Shown: piece by piece, positions 30,643 to 40,083 of the stretch
Position numbering within the stretch: the stretch's first letter is position 1
How the letters are laid out: each line of letters opens with the position of its first letter
DNA from: Candidatus Omnitrophota bacterium
Lineage (GTDB): Bacteria; Omnitrophota; 4484-213
Length of the DNA: 64,000 bases
Direction: 5' to 3'
Assembly (NCBI GenBank): GCA_003645805.1
Contig: QNCL01000001.1
Span: 1,582 to 65,581, forward strand
Notes under the pieces: model-generated
What the model saw: the letters and a program-made list of their open reading frames with translations, nothing else
Database searches by the model: none
Told to the model about the DNA's origin: nothing
Translations under genes and position numbers: made by a program

Positions 30643-31873
30643 GGAGATCTTTGAGGCAATTGAGGAGGAGAAAAAAAGACAGGAGAGGAATATAGAGTTG
30701 ATTGCCTCAGAGAACTTTGTAAGTCGGGCGGTATTGGAAGCCCAAGGTTCGGTGCTCACAAATAAATACGCTGAGGGCTATCCGGGAAGAAGATGGTATG
30801 GAGGGTGTCAATTTGTAGATGTGGCTGAGGCTTTAGCCATTGAGCGAGCAAAAATTTTGTTTAACGCAGAGTATGTAAATGTTCAACCTCATTCAGGGGC
30901 ACAAGCAAATATGGCTGTCTATTTTGCGATTCTGAATCCGGGAGATAAACTCTTGGCGATGAGTTTAGCCCATGGAGGTCATCTTACCCATGGCCATAGC
31001 CTTAACTACTCCGGTAAATACTTCCAGATTATTCCCTATGGAGTGAGCAAGGAAAATGAGAGGATTGATTATGAAGAGTTAGAGAAGTTGGCGATAAAGA
31101 ACAAGCCCAAAATGATTTTAGTGGGAGCCTCTGCCTATCCCCGCATAATTGACTTTAAAAGGGTAAGACAAATTGCGGATAAGGTGGGCGCTTTTATGAT
31201 GGCTGATGTAGCCCATATTGCGGGATTGATAGTAGCAGGAATTCACCCCAATCCTGTGCCTTATGCAGATTTTGTTACTACCACTACCCACAAGACCCTG
31301 CGAGGCCCGCGCGGAGGAATGATTTTGGCACGCAAGGAGTTTGCTAAGAAAATTGACAGTGCAGTGTTTCCCGGAATTCAAGGAGGGCCTTTGATGCATA
31401 TCATTGCTGCCAAAGCGGTTGCTTTTAAAGAGGCTTTGAGTGAGGAGTTCAAGGAATATCAAAAGCAGATTGTAAAGAATGCACAAACTCTGGCTGAAGA
31501 ATTGAAAGAACGGGGTTATCGTATTGTTTCCGGAGGGACAGATAATCATCTCTTATTAGTGGATGTATTCACCAGTCGAGGGATAACCGGAAAAGAGGCA
31601 ACCGAAGCCCTGGATAAAGCAAGGATTACTGTAAACAAAAACCTGATTCCTTTTGACCGCCAGAGTGCATTTTTAGCCAGCGGAATTCGCATAGGCACGC
31701 CCGCAGTAACTACAAGAGGAATGAAAGAAAGAGAGATGCGCGAGATTGCTCGCTTGATAGACTGCGTGCTCAGCAATATCAAGGATGAACAAGTAATCCT
31801 TCGCACAAGAAAAAAGGTGGAGGAGTTGATAGAGGATTTTCCCTTGTATAAACAGAGAAATATGGTAAAATAA
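30614..31873 (+). CDS. glyA: serine hydroxymethyltransferase
   Basis: [36 protein letters not shown]. Confidence 0.98.
   Translation: MQKGLREVDKEIFEAIEEEKKRQERNIELIASENFVSRAVLEAQGSVLTNKYAEGYPGRRWYGGCQFVDVAEALAIERAKILFNAEYVNVQPHSGAQANMAVYFAILNPGDKLLAMSLAHGGHLTHGHSLNYSGKYFQIIPYGVSKENERIDYEELEKLAIKNKPKMILVGASAYPRIIDFKRVRQIADKVGAFMMADVAHIAGLIVAGIHPNPVPYADFVTTTTHKTLRGPRGGMILARKEFAKKIDSAVFPGIQGGPLMHIIAAKAVAFKEALSEEFKEYQKQIVKNAQTLAEELKERGYRIVSGGTDNHLLLVDVFTSRGITGKEATEALDKARITVNKNLIPFDRQSAFLASGIRIGTPAVTTRGMKEREMREIARLIDCVLSNIKDEQVILRTRKKVEELIEDFPLYKQRNMVK
31844..31871 (+). promoter_or_regulatory. possible promoter at end of glyA for downstream genes
   Basis: TTGTAT - 16 bp - TAAAAT with extended -10 (TGG-TAAAAT). 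Confidence 0.35.
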
Positions 31874-31922
31874 TATGTCCGTTTAATTAGAAACTTTTCC
31901 TTTTGTTTTTATTTAAAGGGTT

Positions 31923-32375
31923 ATGCGTCCGGACTGGGATGAGTACTTTTTGAGTTTGGTAAAGATGGTGGCTACCCGCTCTACCTGTCGCCGGCGGCAA
32001 GTAGGAGCGCTTTTGGTTAAAGATAAACGGATAATTGCCAGCGGATATAACGGAGCACCTTCAGGAATGGCTCATTGTCTGGACATAGGTTGTTTGCGGG
32101 ATCAATTAGCCATCCCTTCAGGAGAACGGCAGGAACTCTGTCGCGGTCTCCATGCAGAGATGAATGTGGTTATCCAAGCGGCTATTTATGGAATAAGCAC
32201 AAAGGGTTCTACCCTTTACTGCACAAACTATCCCTGTATCCTGTGCGCTAAGATACTTATCCAGGCAGGAATAAAAAGGATAGTTTATATTGCCGATTAC
32301 CCTGATCAGGAGGCAAAAACCTTGCTGGAGAAAGCGGGAATTAAGGTAGAGCAAGCCTTTAAGGAGAGAAACTGA
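31923..32375 (+). CDS. deoxycytidylate deaminase (ComEB-like)
   Basis: [19 protein letters not shown] zinc ligands. Confidence 0.92.
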   Translation: MRPDWDEYFLSLVKMVATRSTCRRRQVGALLVKDKRIIASGYNGAPSGMAHCLDIGCLRDQLAIPSGERQELCRGLHAEMNVVIQAAIYGISTKGSTLYCTNYPCILCAKILIQAGIKRIVYIADYPDQEAKTLLEKAGIKVEQAFKERN

Positions 32376-32378
32376 GGG

Positions 32379-33383
32379 ATGAAAAAGGTTGTTTTAAGTG
32401 GAGTTGCTCCTACAGGGACACTAACCATAGGTAATTATCTGGGAGCATTGAAAAACTGGAAAGAGATGCAAAAAGACTATGATTGTCTGTTTATGATAGT
32501 GGATATGCACGCTATCACAGTGCGTCAAGATCCCTCCAGTTTATATAATCGTTGCATTTCTTTTGCTACCCAATACCTTGCTTGTGGAATAGACCCTCAA
32601 GAGAGCACAATATTTATCCAATCCTCTGTGAGTGCTCATTCAGAGTTAGCCTGGATCTTAAGTTGTTTCACCCACCTCGGGGAGCTAAACAGAATGACCC
32701 AATTCAAAAGCAAAGCAAAAAGATACTCAAGCAATATCAATGCGGGTCTTTATACCTATCCTGTGCTGATGGCTGCAGATATCCTGCTTTATCAAACAGA
32801 TATTGTGCCTATTGGAGAGGATCAGAAACAGCATCTGGAGTTAACCAGAGATATTGCCCAGAGGTTTAATAATCTCTATGGAGAGGTCTTTAAACTCCCT
32901 GAGCCTTATATCTCCCAGATGGGAGCGAGGATAATGAGTTTGCTTGATCCTACACGCAAGATGGATAAATCTGATTCTAATCCCAATAACTACATTGCTT
33001 TATTAGATGAGCCCGATGTGGTTCGAAAGAAGATTAGACACGCCGTTACCGATTCCGGTTCAGAAATAAGAGTGGATGAGAGAAAACCGGGAATAAGTAA
33101 TCTTCTCACCATCTACTCTTGTTTATCTGAGCAGCCTGTGAGCAAACTGGAGGAGAGGTTTGCAGAAAAGGGTTATGCGTCTTTTAAAGAAGAATTGGCT
33201 GAACTAATCATTCAAACTCTTAAACCCATTCAGAAAGAATACAGGAGACTAATGGATAATAGAGACTATGTAATCGACCTTCTGCAAGAAGGAGCAAAAA
33301 AAGCAAGGACAAGAGCGGAGAGGACGCTGAGGGAGGTAAAGAAAAGAATAGGTTTTCTTTATCTAACTCAGGATCAACAATGA
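32379..33383 (+). CDS. trpS: tryptophan--tRNA ligase
   Basis: TIGNYLGA, YPVLMAADIL, GEDQKQHLE, KMDKS, AVTDS. Confidence 0.96.
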   Translation: MKKVVLSGVAPTGTLTIGNYLGALKNWKEMQKDYDCLFMIVDMHAITVRQDPSSLYNRCISFATQYLACGIDPQESTIFIQSSVSAHSELAWILSCFTHLGELNRMTQFKSKAKRYSSNINAGLYTYPVLMAADILLYQTDIVPIGEDQKQHLELTRDIAQRFNNLYGEVFKLPEPYISQMGARIMSLLDPTRKMDKSDSNPNNYIALLDEPDVVRKKIRHAVTDSGSEIRVDERKPGISNLLTIYSCLSEQPVSKLEERFAEKGYASFKEELAELIIQTLKPIQKEYRRLMDNRDYVIDLLQEGAKKARTRAERTLREVKKRIGFLYLTQDQQ

Positions 33384-34150
33384 CCCAGAGCCTCTGGAGA
33401 ATAGAGGTAGAGAAGTTTCAGGGAGATCCATATAGATTTTTGGAAGAGGCAAAAGAAGAGAGGATAGATCTTTGCAATTTCTCTCTCACTCAGATAATTA
33501 ATCAATATATCCATTGGCTCTCTAACTTTGAGGGAAGTATAGATATTGCCGCTGATTTCCTCCTTCTTTCTTGTTCGCTTATCTTCTTAAAATCTTCCCT
33601 TCTTCTTCCTTCATCCAAATTGGAAAAGGAGGAGGGTGAGGAGAAGGAGCGGAAAGGGGCGCTTGAAGGGAATACAGAACTCTATCAGGAGTTCAAACAA
33701 CTTGCTCAAGAATTAAAAACAAAAGAGAGGGAAAGAACTCTTCTCTTTACTCGTCCCAGATTTAAAGAGAATGGTGTTTATCCTGCAGAAGAAAGAAAAG
33801 AAAAAAAGGGAAATATAGAGACGCTAATTCATCTCTTTACTCAACTTTCCTCTTCTCTTTTCTCATCTCCAGTCAAGATTGTCAGGGAGAGATGGAGTGT
33901 AAAAGAGAAGATAAAGCAGATTTTAGAATGGCTGGGAAGAGAATCCTGTATCTGTCTTAAGAAACTTTTTTCTTCTGCGGAGCATAAATTAGAGATAATT
34001 GCTTTCTTTCTGGCTACTTTAGAACTTATAAGGGCAAATAAGATAAGTGTAAGACAAGAGGAATTATTCGGAGAGGTCTATCTTATCAGAAAACAACCTG
34101 AGGAGCTGATGGAATGGGATGGAGAAGGAGGAGATAAAGAGGATAATTGA
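33380..34150 (+). CDS. scpA: segregation/condensation protein A (kleisin)
   Basis: FQG.P..., AADFL...KS.LLLP, C-terminal FLATLEL...QEELFGEV; followed by scpB. Confidence 0.85.
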   Translation: MTQSLWRIEVEKFQGDPYRFLEEAKEERIDLCNFSLTQIINQYIHWLSNFEGSIDIAADFLLLSCSLIFLKSSLLLPSSKLEKEEGEEKERKGALEGNTELYQEFKQLAQELKTKERERTLLFTRPRFKENGVYPAEERKEKKGNIETLIHLFTQLSSSLFSSPVKIVRERWSVKEKIKQILEWLGRESCICLKKLFSSAEHKLEIIAFFLATLELIRANKISVRQEELFGEVYLIRKQPEELMEWDGEGGDKEDN

Positions 34151-34661
34151 GGCAGTTCTGTTTGCCAGCGACAGGCCTCTATCCTCTGAGGAGTTGAGCA
34201 AGGCGTTGAATATAGAAAATAAATTTACAAAGGAGTTAATTAAGGAGTTAAAAGAAGAATACAGAAAGGAAAACAGGAGTTTTCAGATTATAGAGATTGC
34301 CCAGGGCTTTCAAGTTTGCACTTTACCCATCTATGCGTCCTGGATAAAAAAGGTTTTAAGAAGAGAGAAAGAAGAAAAACTTTCGCTTCCTGCTCTGGAA
34401 ACCCTATCTATAATTGCCTATCGTCAGCCAGTAACCCGTGCGGAGATTGAAGCAATAAGAGGAGTGGATGTAGGGGGAATACTGAAGTATCTTCTGGAGA
34501 GAGGGCTGATTAAGACTGCAGGAAGAAAAGATAGTTTAGGAAAACCAATACTTTATCGTACCACTTCTTATTTCCTTCAATACTTTGGTCTAAGTTCCCT
34601 AACAGACTTACCTCAACCTTCGGGAAAGATAAGAAAAAAGGAGAAAGATGAAGCAAACTGA
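34119..34661 (+). CDS. scpB: segregation/condensation protein B
   Basis: IEAVLF, LETLSIIAYRQPVTRAEIEAIRGV, FLQYFGL. Confidence 0.95.
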   Translation: MEKEEIKRIIEAVLFASDRPLSSEELSKALNIENKFTKELIKELKEEYRKENRSFQIIEIAQGFQVCTLPIYASWIKKVLRREKEEKLSLPALETLSIIAYRQPVTRAEIEAIRGVDVGGILKYLLERGLIKTAGRKDSLGKPILYRTTSYFLQYFGLSSLTDLPQPSGKIRKKEKDEAN

Positions 34662-35727
34662 GAAGGTTCGGTCTTTACGGGAGAAAATTGACAAAATAGA
34701 TGCAGAGATTGTAAAACTCCTTAACCAACGCACTCGAATGGCTCTTAAGATAGGAGAGATAAAGAATAAAGAGGGCACATCGGTATACTCTCCCGAAAGG
34801 GAGGAGGAGATCTATCAAAGGATAGTAAGGCTAAACAAAGGACCTCTTCGCTCCCAGAGTATAAAGGCTATCTATCGCGAGATTATGTCCAGCACCCTCT
34901 CTCTTCAGAAAGAGGTGAGCATTGCTTATTTAGGTCCTCCGGCAACCTTCACTCACCTTGCTGCTTTGAAGAAGTTTGGCAGTTCAGTGAACTATCTCCC
35001 CTGTGCAAATATTGAGGGTGTATTCAAGGTGGTGGAGAAGGGAGAAGCAACCTATGGAGTAGTGCCCATTGAGAACTCTATAGAGGGAGCAGTAAGTCAT
35101 ACTTTGGATATGTTTATCGATTTCGATCTAAAGATATGCTCGGAGATTTTTCTGGAGATCTCCCATAGCCTCCTTTCTAACTTTCCTCTGGAGAAGATTA
35201 AAAAGATCTATTCCAATCCGCAAGTATTTGCTCAATGCCGTTCCTGGTTGAATAGAAACCTACCTGCCGCCGAAATGATAGAGGTATCCAGCACTGCCAA
35301 AGCTGCGCAAGTTGCTTCTTCCGAGAGATATGCAGGAGCGATTGCTAATGTTCTCTCTGCTCAGATCTATCACCTGAAGGTAATAAAAGAAGATATCCAG
35401 GATAACCTTCACAATATAACCCGTTTCCTGGTAATCGGGAAGAATAATGTCCCCGAGACAGGAAATGATAAAACCTCTCTCCTCTTCTCTATAAAAGACA
35501 GAGTAGGAGCGCTTTATGAGATGCTCTTGCCCTTCAAGAAGGAAGGCATCAATCTTACCAAGATAGAATCTCGCCCTTCTAAAACAAGGGCTTGGGATTA
35601 CTATTTCTTTCTGGATTTAGAAGGGCATTGTGAACAGAAAAAAGTAAAGAAAGTGCTTAAGGAACTGGAGAACAGGTGCATCTTCTTAAAGGTCTTGGGT
35701 GCTTATCCAAAAGGAGAAGAAAACTGA
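34648..35727 (+). CDS. pheA: chorismate mutase / prephenate dehydratase
   Basis: N-terminal CM (LREKIDKID..RE), YLGP.ATF, PIENS.EG, N.TRF, NLTKIESRPS ACT domain. Confidence 0.95.
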   Translation: MKQTEKVRSLREKIDKIDAEIVKLLNQRTRMALKIGEIKNKEGTSVYSPEREEEIYQRIVRLNKGPLRSQSIKAIYREIMSSTLSLQKEVSIAYLGPPATFTHLAALKKFGSSVNYLPCANIEGVFKVVEKGEATYGVVPIENSIEGAVSHTLDMFIDFDLKICSEIFLEISHSLLSNFPLEKIKKIYSNPQVFAQCRSWLNRNLPAAEMIEVSSTAKAAQVASSERYAGAIANVLSAQIYHLKVIKEDIQDNLHNITRFLVIGKNNVPETGNDKTSLLFSIKDRVGALYEMLLPFKKEGINLTKIESRPSKTRAWDYYFFLDLEGHCEQKKVKKVLKELENRCIFLKVLGAYPKGEEN

Positions 35728-35737
35728 GGAGGAGAAT

Positions 35738-36241
35738 ATGCAAAGGCGTGAGTTGGAGCAGGTAATGAGGCATACAATCTCAGTGCTGGTAGAGAATAAA
35801 CCAGGGGTGCTTGCGCGTATCGCCGGTCTCTTCTCCGCTCGGGGGTTTAATATTGACAGCCTTACCGTAGGAAGAACAGAGGATCCTACCATCTCCGAGA
35901 TGACTGTGGTAGCAGAAGGAGATGACCGCGTCCTTGAGCAGATCAGCAAACAGTTATATAAACTTATTGATGTGATAAAAGTAGAGGACTTGACCAAGAC
36001 AGGGGTAGAGTTTGTGGAACGAGAGTTGGTTCTGGTAAAAGTAGAACTTCGCGAGGGAAAAGAGGAGTTTTTGCATCTGGTTAAAGAGATGGAGGCGAAG
36101 ATACTCTATGAAAAAGGGGAGAATATGTTGATAGAGATAGTAGGAGAGGAGAAGCATATAGAGGAATGCCTGAAGAAGATGGAAAGATTCGATATCCAGC
36201 GAATATTTCGCACCGGAAAGATTGCTATGAAGACAGGATAA
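35738..36241 (+). CDS. ilvN: acetolactate synthase small (regulatory) subunit
   Basis: VENKPGVLARIAGLFSARGFNIDSL, KQLYKLIDV, ERELVLVKV, RTG; SD GAGGAGG before 35738. Confidence 0.92.
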   Translation: MQRRELEQVMRHTISVLVENKPGVLARIAGLFSARGFNIDSLTVGRTEDPTISEMTVVAEGDDRVLEQISKQLYKLIDVIKVEDLTKTGVEFVERELVLVKVELREGKEEFLHLVKEMEAKILYEKGENMLIEIVGEEKHIEECLKKMERFDIQRIFRTGKIAMKTG

Positions 36242-36262
36242 ACTTTTTTGATGGGGTGAGAA

Positions 36263-38278
36263 ATGGAAAAACGAAATATTGTTTTACTCTCTCATTCTGG
36301 AGCAGGAAAGACCTCACTGGCAGAAGCAATGCTTTTTGATAGCAAAGAGATCTCGCGGTTGGGAAAGGTAGAAACAGGAGATACAGTAAGCGACTATACT
36401 CCGGAGGAGATAGAAAGAAGGATGTCCCTGAACCTCTCTTTGCTTCACTGCCATTGGAAGAATAAGAAAATAAACATTTTAGATACTCCCGGATATGCAG
36501 ACTTTATTGGAGAGATAATCTCGGGGTTGGTAGCGGCAGATGCAGGAGTCTTGATTGTTGACGCCAGTGCAGGAATTGAGGTGGGAACAGAGCGGGCATA
36601 CCAACTTCTTAACGACTACCGCCTTCCCTTCTTTATCTTTGTAAATAAACTGGATAAAGAAGGAGCAGATTTCTTAAAGACTGTAAAGGTCATCCAAGAT
36701 CGATTTGGGAAGGGATGCTTTCCTGTGCACTATCCGATAAATAGAGGAGGGGAGATAAGGCGGGTAATCTCGGTGCTTCAGGAAGAAGAAGAGAATTTAG
36801 AGGAGACAGAAAGAGAAAAAGTAGAGGAATTTAGAAAAAAAGCCATAGAGATGATTGCCGAGGTAGATGACTATCTTCTGGAGAGGTATCTGGAGGAAGA
36901 GACTTTTTCCCATAATCAGATAATGCAAGGATTGCAAAAAGGTTTCGCGGAAAGGAAACTAACCCCTATCCTGTGTGGTTCTGCTTTAAGAAATATAGGT
37001 ATAGATTCTCTTCTGGAGATGCTCTCGGAAGTCTCTCCTTCTCCTCCCTCTTCTTACAAGGGAGTTAATCCTGAGAGCAAGCAAGAAGAGGAAAGAAAAG
37101 CAGATAGCCACAGCCCCTTCAGCGCCCTGGTATTCAAAACTATCTCCGACCCCTATGTGGGGCAACTAAGTTTGTTCAAGGTTTTCTCAGGAGAACTTGC
37201 CTCCAATACAGAGTTTTACAACTCCAGCAAAGGCACAAAGGAGCGGATTAGTCAGATCCTTTTCCTGCAAGGGAAAGAGCAAAAGCCCACTTCTAAAGTA
37301 GAAGCAGGAGATATAGCGGCAGTAGCGAAGTTGAAGAACACAGAGACAGGAGATAGTATATGTGAAGAGAAAAATCCTATTCTCTTCTCCCGCATCGATT
37401 TTCCTCAACCCCTTCTTTCTCTTGCTCTAAAGCCTAAGTCTAACAAAGATGAAGCGAAGATTTCCGAAGCACTGGTAAAACTTCATAAGGAAACTCCTAC
37501 CTTTCACATTTCTCGGGATGAGCAGACAAAGGAACTTCTTATCTCAGGAATGGGGAACTTGTGTTTGGAAATTGCCATTGCTCGTCTGAAGAGAGAGTTT
37601 AAGTTGGAAGTAGAGGTAGGTGAGCCAAAGATTGCTTATAAGGAAACGATTACTCGGAGCGCAGAGGTGCAAGGTAAATATAAACGCCAAACAGGAGGGC
37701 ATGGGCAATATGGAGATGTTTGGTTGAGATTGGAACCTTTGGAGAGAGGAAAGGGTTTTGAGTTTGTAAACAAGATTGTGGGGGGAGTGGTTCCCCGGCA
37801 GTATATTCCCGCAGTAGAGAAGGGAATAAAGCAGGCAATGAGTGAGGGAGTGCTTGCCGGTTATCCTCTGGTAGACATAAAAGCGACCCTCTATGATGGC
37901 TCCTATCACTCTGTAGATTCCTCTGATCTGGCTTTTCAGATTGCCGCCGCTATGGCTTTAAGAAAGGGTGCTCTGGAAGCAAAACCTGTGTTGTTAGAAC
38001 CTATTGTAGAGGTGGAGGTAGATGCTCCGGAAGAGTATATGGGAGATATTAACAGCGGGCTGAGTTCCAAACGAGGAAGAATCGTAGGAATGGAAGGAAG
38101 AAAGATAAAGGCTCTTGTGCCTTTAAGTGAGATGACCCATTATACCACCGACTTGAAATCGATCACTGGAGGAAGAGGTTCTTTTTCAATGAAGTTTTCC
38201 CATTATGAGATTGTCCCTCAAAAGATAGCGGAGAAGATAATTGCGCAGAAGAGGGTTGATAATGAGAAAGAGAAATAG
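36263..38278 (+). CDS. elongation factor G-like protein (EF-G2 / FusA2)
   Basis: Divergent G1 SHSGAGKT and G2 RRMSL, DTPGYADF, NKLD, KRQTGGHGQYG, DGSYHSVDSS; not next to rpsL/rpsG/tuf. Confidence 0.9.
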   Translation: MEKRNIVLLSHSGAGKTSLAEAMLFDSKEISRLGKVETGDTVSDYTPEEIERRMSLNLSLLHCHWKNKKINILDTPGYADFIGEIISGLVAADAGVLIVDASAGIEVGTERAYQLLNDYRLPFFIFVNKLDKEGADFLKTVKVIQDRFGKGCFPVHYPINRGGEIRRVISVLQEEEENLEETEREKVEEFRKKAIEMIAEVDDYLLERYLEEETFSHNQIMQGLQKGFAERKLTPILCGSALRNIGIDSLLEMLSEVSPSPPSSYKGVNPESKQEEERKADSHSPFSALVFKTISDPYVGQLSLFKVFSGELASNTEFYNSSKGTKERISQILFLQGKEQKPTSKVEAGDIAAVAKLKNTETGDSICEEKNPILFSRIDFPQPLLSLALKPKSNKDEAKISEALVKLHKETPTFHISRDEQTKELLISGMGNLCLEIAIARLKREFKLEVEVGEPKIAYKETITRSAEVQGKYKRQTGGHGQYGDVWLRLEPLERGKGFEFVNKIVGGVVPRQYIPAVEKGIKQAMSEGVLAGYPLVDIKATLYDGSYHSVDSSDLAFQIAAAMALRKGALEAKPVLLEPIVEVEVDAPEEYMGDINSGLSSKRGRIVGMEGRKIKALVPLSEMTHYTTDLKSITGGRGSFSMKFSHYEIVPQKIAEKIIAQKRVDNEKEK

Positions 38279-38429
38279 GTCGCAAATAATCTTGGAGGCG
38301 GCCATTATCTTCTGTGTAATAATCGTGTTTTTTATGCTCATTTTCTATACCGTTGTTCATCCTCTAAATAAGATGATGGTAAGCGAATATCAGGGATATA
38401 TGAGCGAGCGTATTGCAGTAAGTGAGTGA
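38262..38429 (+). CDS. small Flp/TadE-like prepilin (55 aa)
   Basis: Basic leader MRKRNRS then Q-I-I-L-E (E+5) and a hydrophobic helix; overlaps both neighbours. Confidence 0.55.
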   Translation: MRKRNRSQIILEAAIIFCVIIVFFMLIFYTVVHPLNKMMVSEYQGYMSERIAVSE

Positions 38430-39439
38430 AGATGAAGTCTTGGGGACAGATTAGCATCTTTCTCATCTCTCTCTTAGCAGTTTTACTTGCCTTTATGGGA
38501 GGGATGATTAGATTAGGGAATAAATCCCTGGAGTATTTGCGTGCCCAAAATGCTGCAGATGCAGCAGCGCTGGCAGGAGTTGCTTGTTTGGCTCGAGGGC
38601 TGAATAGTATGGCAATGCTTACTGCGGCTAAAGTAGAGAAGGATACAGGGGAAAGTCTTATCTATCCTTTTAACTACACCAGTTATCTCACCACTCCCCC
38701 TACTCCTGTGTATATATCTCTTCAGCCAATATCGGGGTTAGCAAGTGAATATGAACAGAAAAAACTCTTTTTTAACCCTTTACCTGCCTCTCCCGAGGTT
38801 ATCAACGAAGGAGAGAGTAAAGCAAGAATGGCTGAGCAATTAGATGAGAAGAAGGTAAGGGAGATAGTTATCGAGCACTTGAAACTTATCAGGGGAGCAA
38901 TAGATAAAACCCAAAGAGAATATGTAGATATAGATACAGAAGTGAGAGAGGTAAGTAAAAGATGCGCCTTAGAAAATGGCTATGAGATAAAAGAGGTATC
39001 TCCGGGGGGAGGGGATATTGCCCAATGGCAACCTACCTGGGAAGATAAAGATATAGTTATAGAGTATAACTATTGGAGGGAATATAGAAGCAAAACGGTA
39101 AACACCAGCTGCAAAAAACCCCGATGTGCTCAGCTCTGTAGTCCCTGTGGTTTCACTGCCCGCGCTTGCTGTGGAGAAGACTGTGATCCTCGGCGCTATA
39201 CCTGCTATTGTAAAAGGTGCTGGAAAAGGACACAAACCTCATACTCTTACTCTTTACCTTTCTGGACTCAAGGGAGTTTGCACTCTACCGAGGTCAATGT
39301 GAGTATCTCCTTGGCTAATAAAGAAGAAAGAAGAGCAACAGGGGCTCTAACCAATATCTGCTCTGGCGCACATCCTCCTTCTACCTGTGGACAACTCTTT
39401 CCTCCACAACCCCATTTTGAGGTGCATCTAAAGGAGTGA
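38426..39439 (+). CDS. TadG-like pseudopilin with Cys-rich insertion
   Basis: G|QI leader, TM helix, AQNAADAAALAG signature of Tad/TadG N-termini. Confidence 0.75.
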   Translation: MKMKSWGQISIFLISLLAVLLAFMGGMIRLGNKSLEYLRAQNAADAAALAGVACLARGLNSMAMLTAAKVEKDTGESLIYPFNYTSYLTTPPTPVYISLQPISGLASEYEQKKLFFNPLPASPEVINEGESKARMAEQLDEKKVREIVIEHLKLIRGAIDKTQREYVDIDTEVREVSKRCALENGYEIKEVSPGGGDIAQWQPTWEDKDIVIEYNYWREYRSKTVNTSCKKPRCAQLCSPCGFTARACCGEDCDPRRYTCYCKRCWKRTQTSYSYSLPFWTQGSLHSTEVNVSISLANKEERRATGALTNICSGAHPPSTCGQLFPPQPHFEVHLKE

Positions 39440-39457
39440 GAAGATAGAAAGATAGAG

Positions 39458-40057
39458 ATGATCCCTTTTAACTCTAAAAAATTTTCTCTTGAGTATGCTC
39501 AAGCAAGTTTTGAATTTGCCATCTTCTTCCCGCTGTTTGTGTTTATGATTATTCTTATTATCCAATTCGGCAAGATTCTTCTCCTTAAACAAAGGGTAGA
39601 GATGTCCGCATTTCGGGCTGCACTTTATGCGGCAAAACCGGCTAACTTAGGAGCAAGCGAGGAAGAGATAAGAAAGGAGATACTTAGATTCTTCCCCCCG
39701 GATGAACAGAGTTCAGTAGTAATAGAAAACCTTCACCGGGAGATTAAACAGACCGCGCAAGGAGAGACTATAGATTATGCAGAACTCAGCGTGCGTGCAC
39801 AAACAAGACTGTTTTCCGGAATACCCTTCTCTCCTATCTGGGAAAAAGTAGAGCAAAGAAGCAGAAAAAGAGTAGAGATGATAGTCGAGAGGATAAAAGA
39901 AGCGATAGATAATGGAGAGATAAAGGATAGTTTAGCGATAAGAGATACTTTACAGAAGTTAGAATCTTGCTGTGATAGTTATGCTCAGGGAATCTATACC
40001 GCTTGTGCTTTCCACAAGATTATCTACGACCCCCGTGTGCCATTTAGCCGAGAGTAA
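39458..40057 (+). CDS. TadE-like pseudopilin
   Basis: A|QASFEFAIFFP..ILIIQFG...SAFRAALYA TadE-type pattern. Confidence 0.75.
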   Translation: MIPFNSKKFSLEYAQASFEFAIFFPLFVFMIILIIQFGKILLLKQRVEMSAFRAALYAAKPANLGASEEEIRKEILRFFPPDEQSSVVIENLHREIKQTAQGETIDYAELSVRAQTRLFSGIPFSPIWEKVEQRSRKRVEMIVERIKEAIDNGEIKDSLAIRDTLQKLESCCDSYAQGIYTACAFHKIIYDPRVPFSRE

Positions 40058-40083
40058 GGGATTCCTAATAAAAAAGGAGAGCA

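Noticed and set aside
36263-38278. Calling this gene canonical fusA or a TetM-like resistance protein
   Set aside because: G1/G2 motifs differ from AHIDAGKT/RGITI and it is outside the str operon; it fits EF-G2
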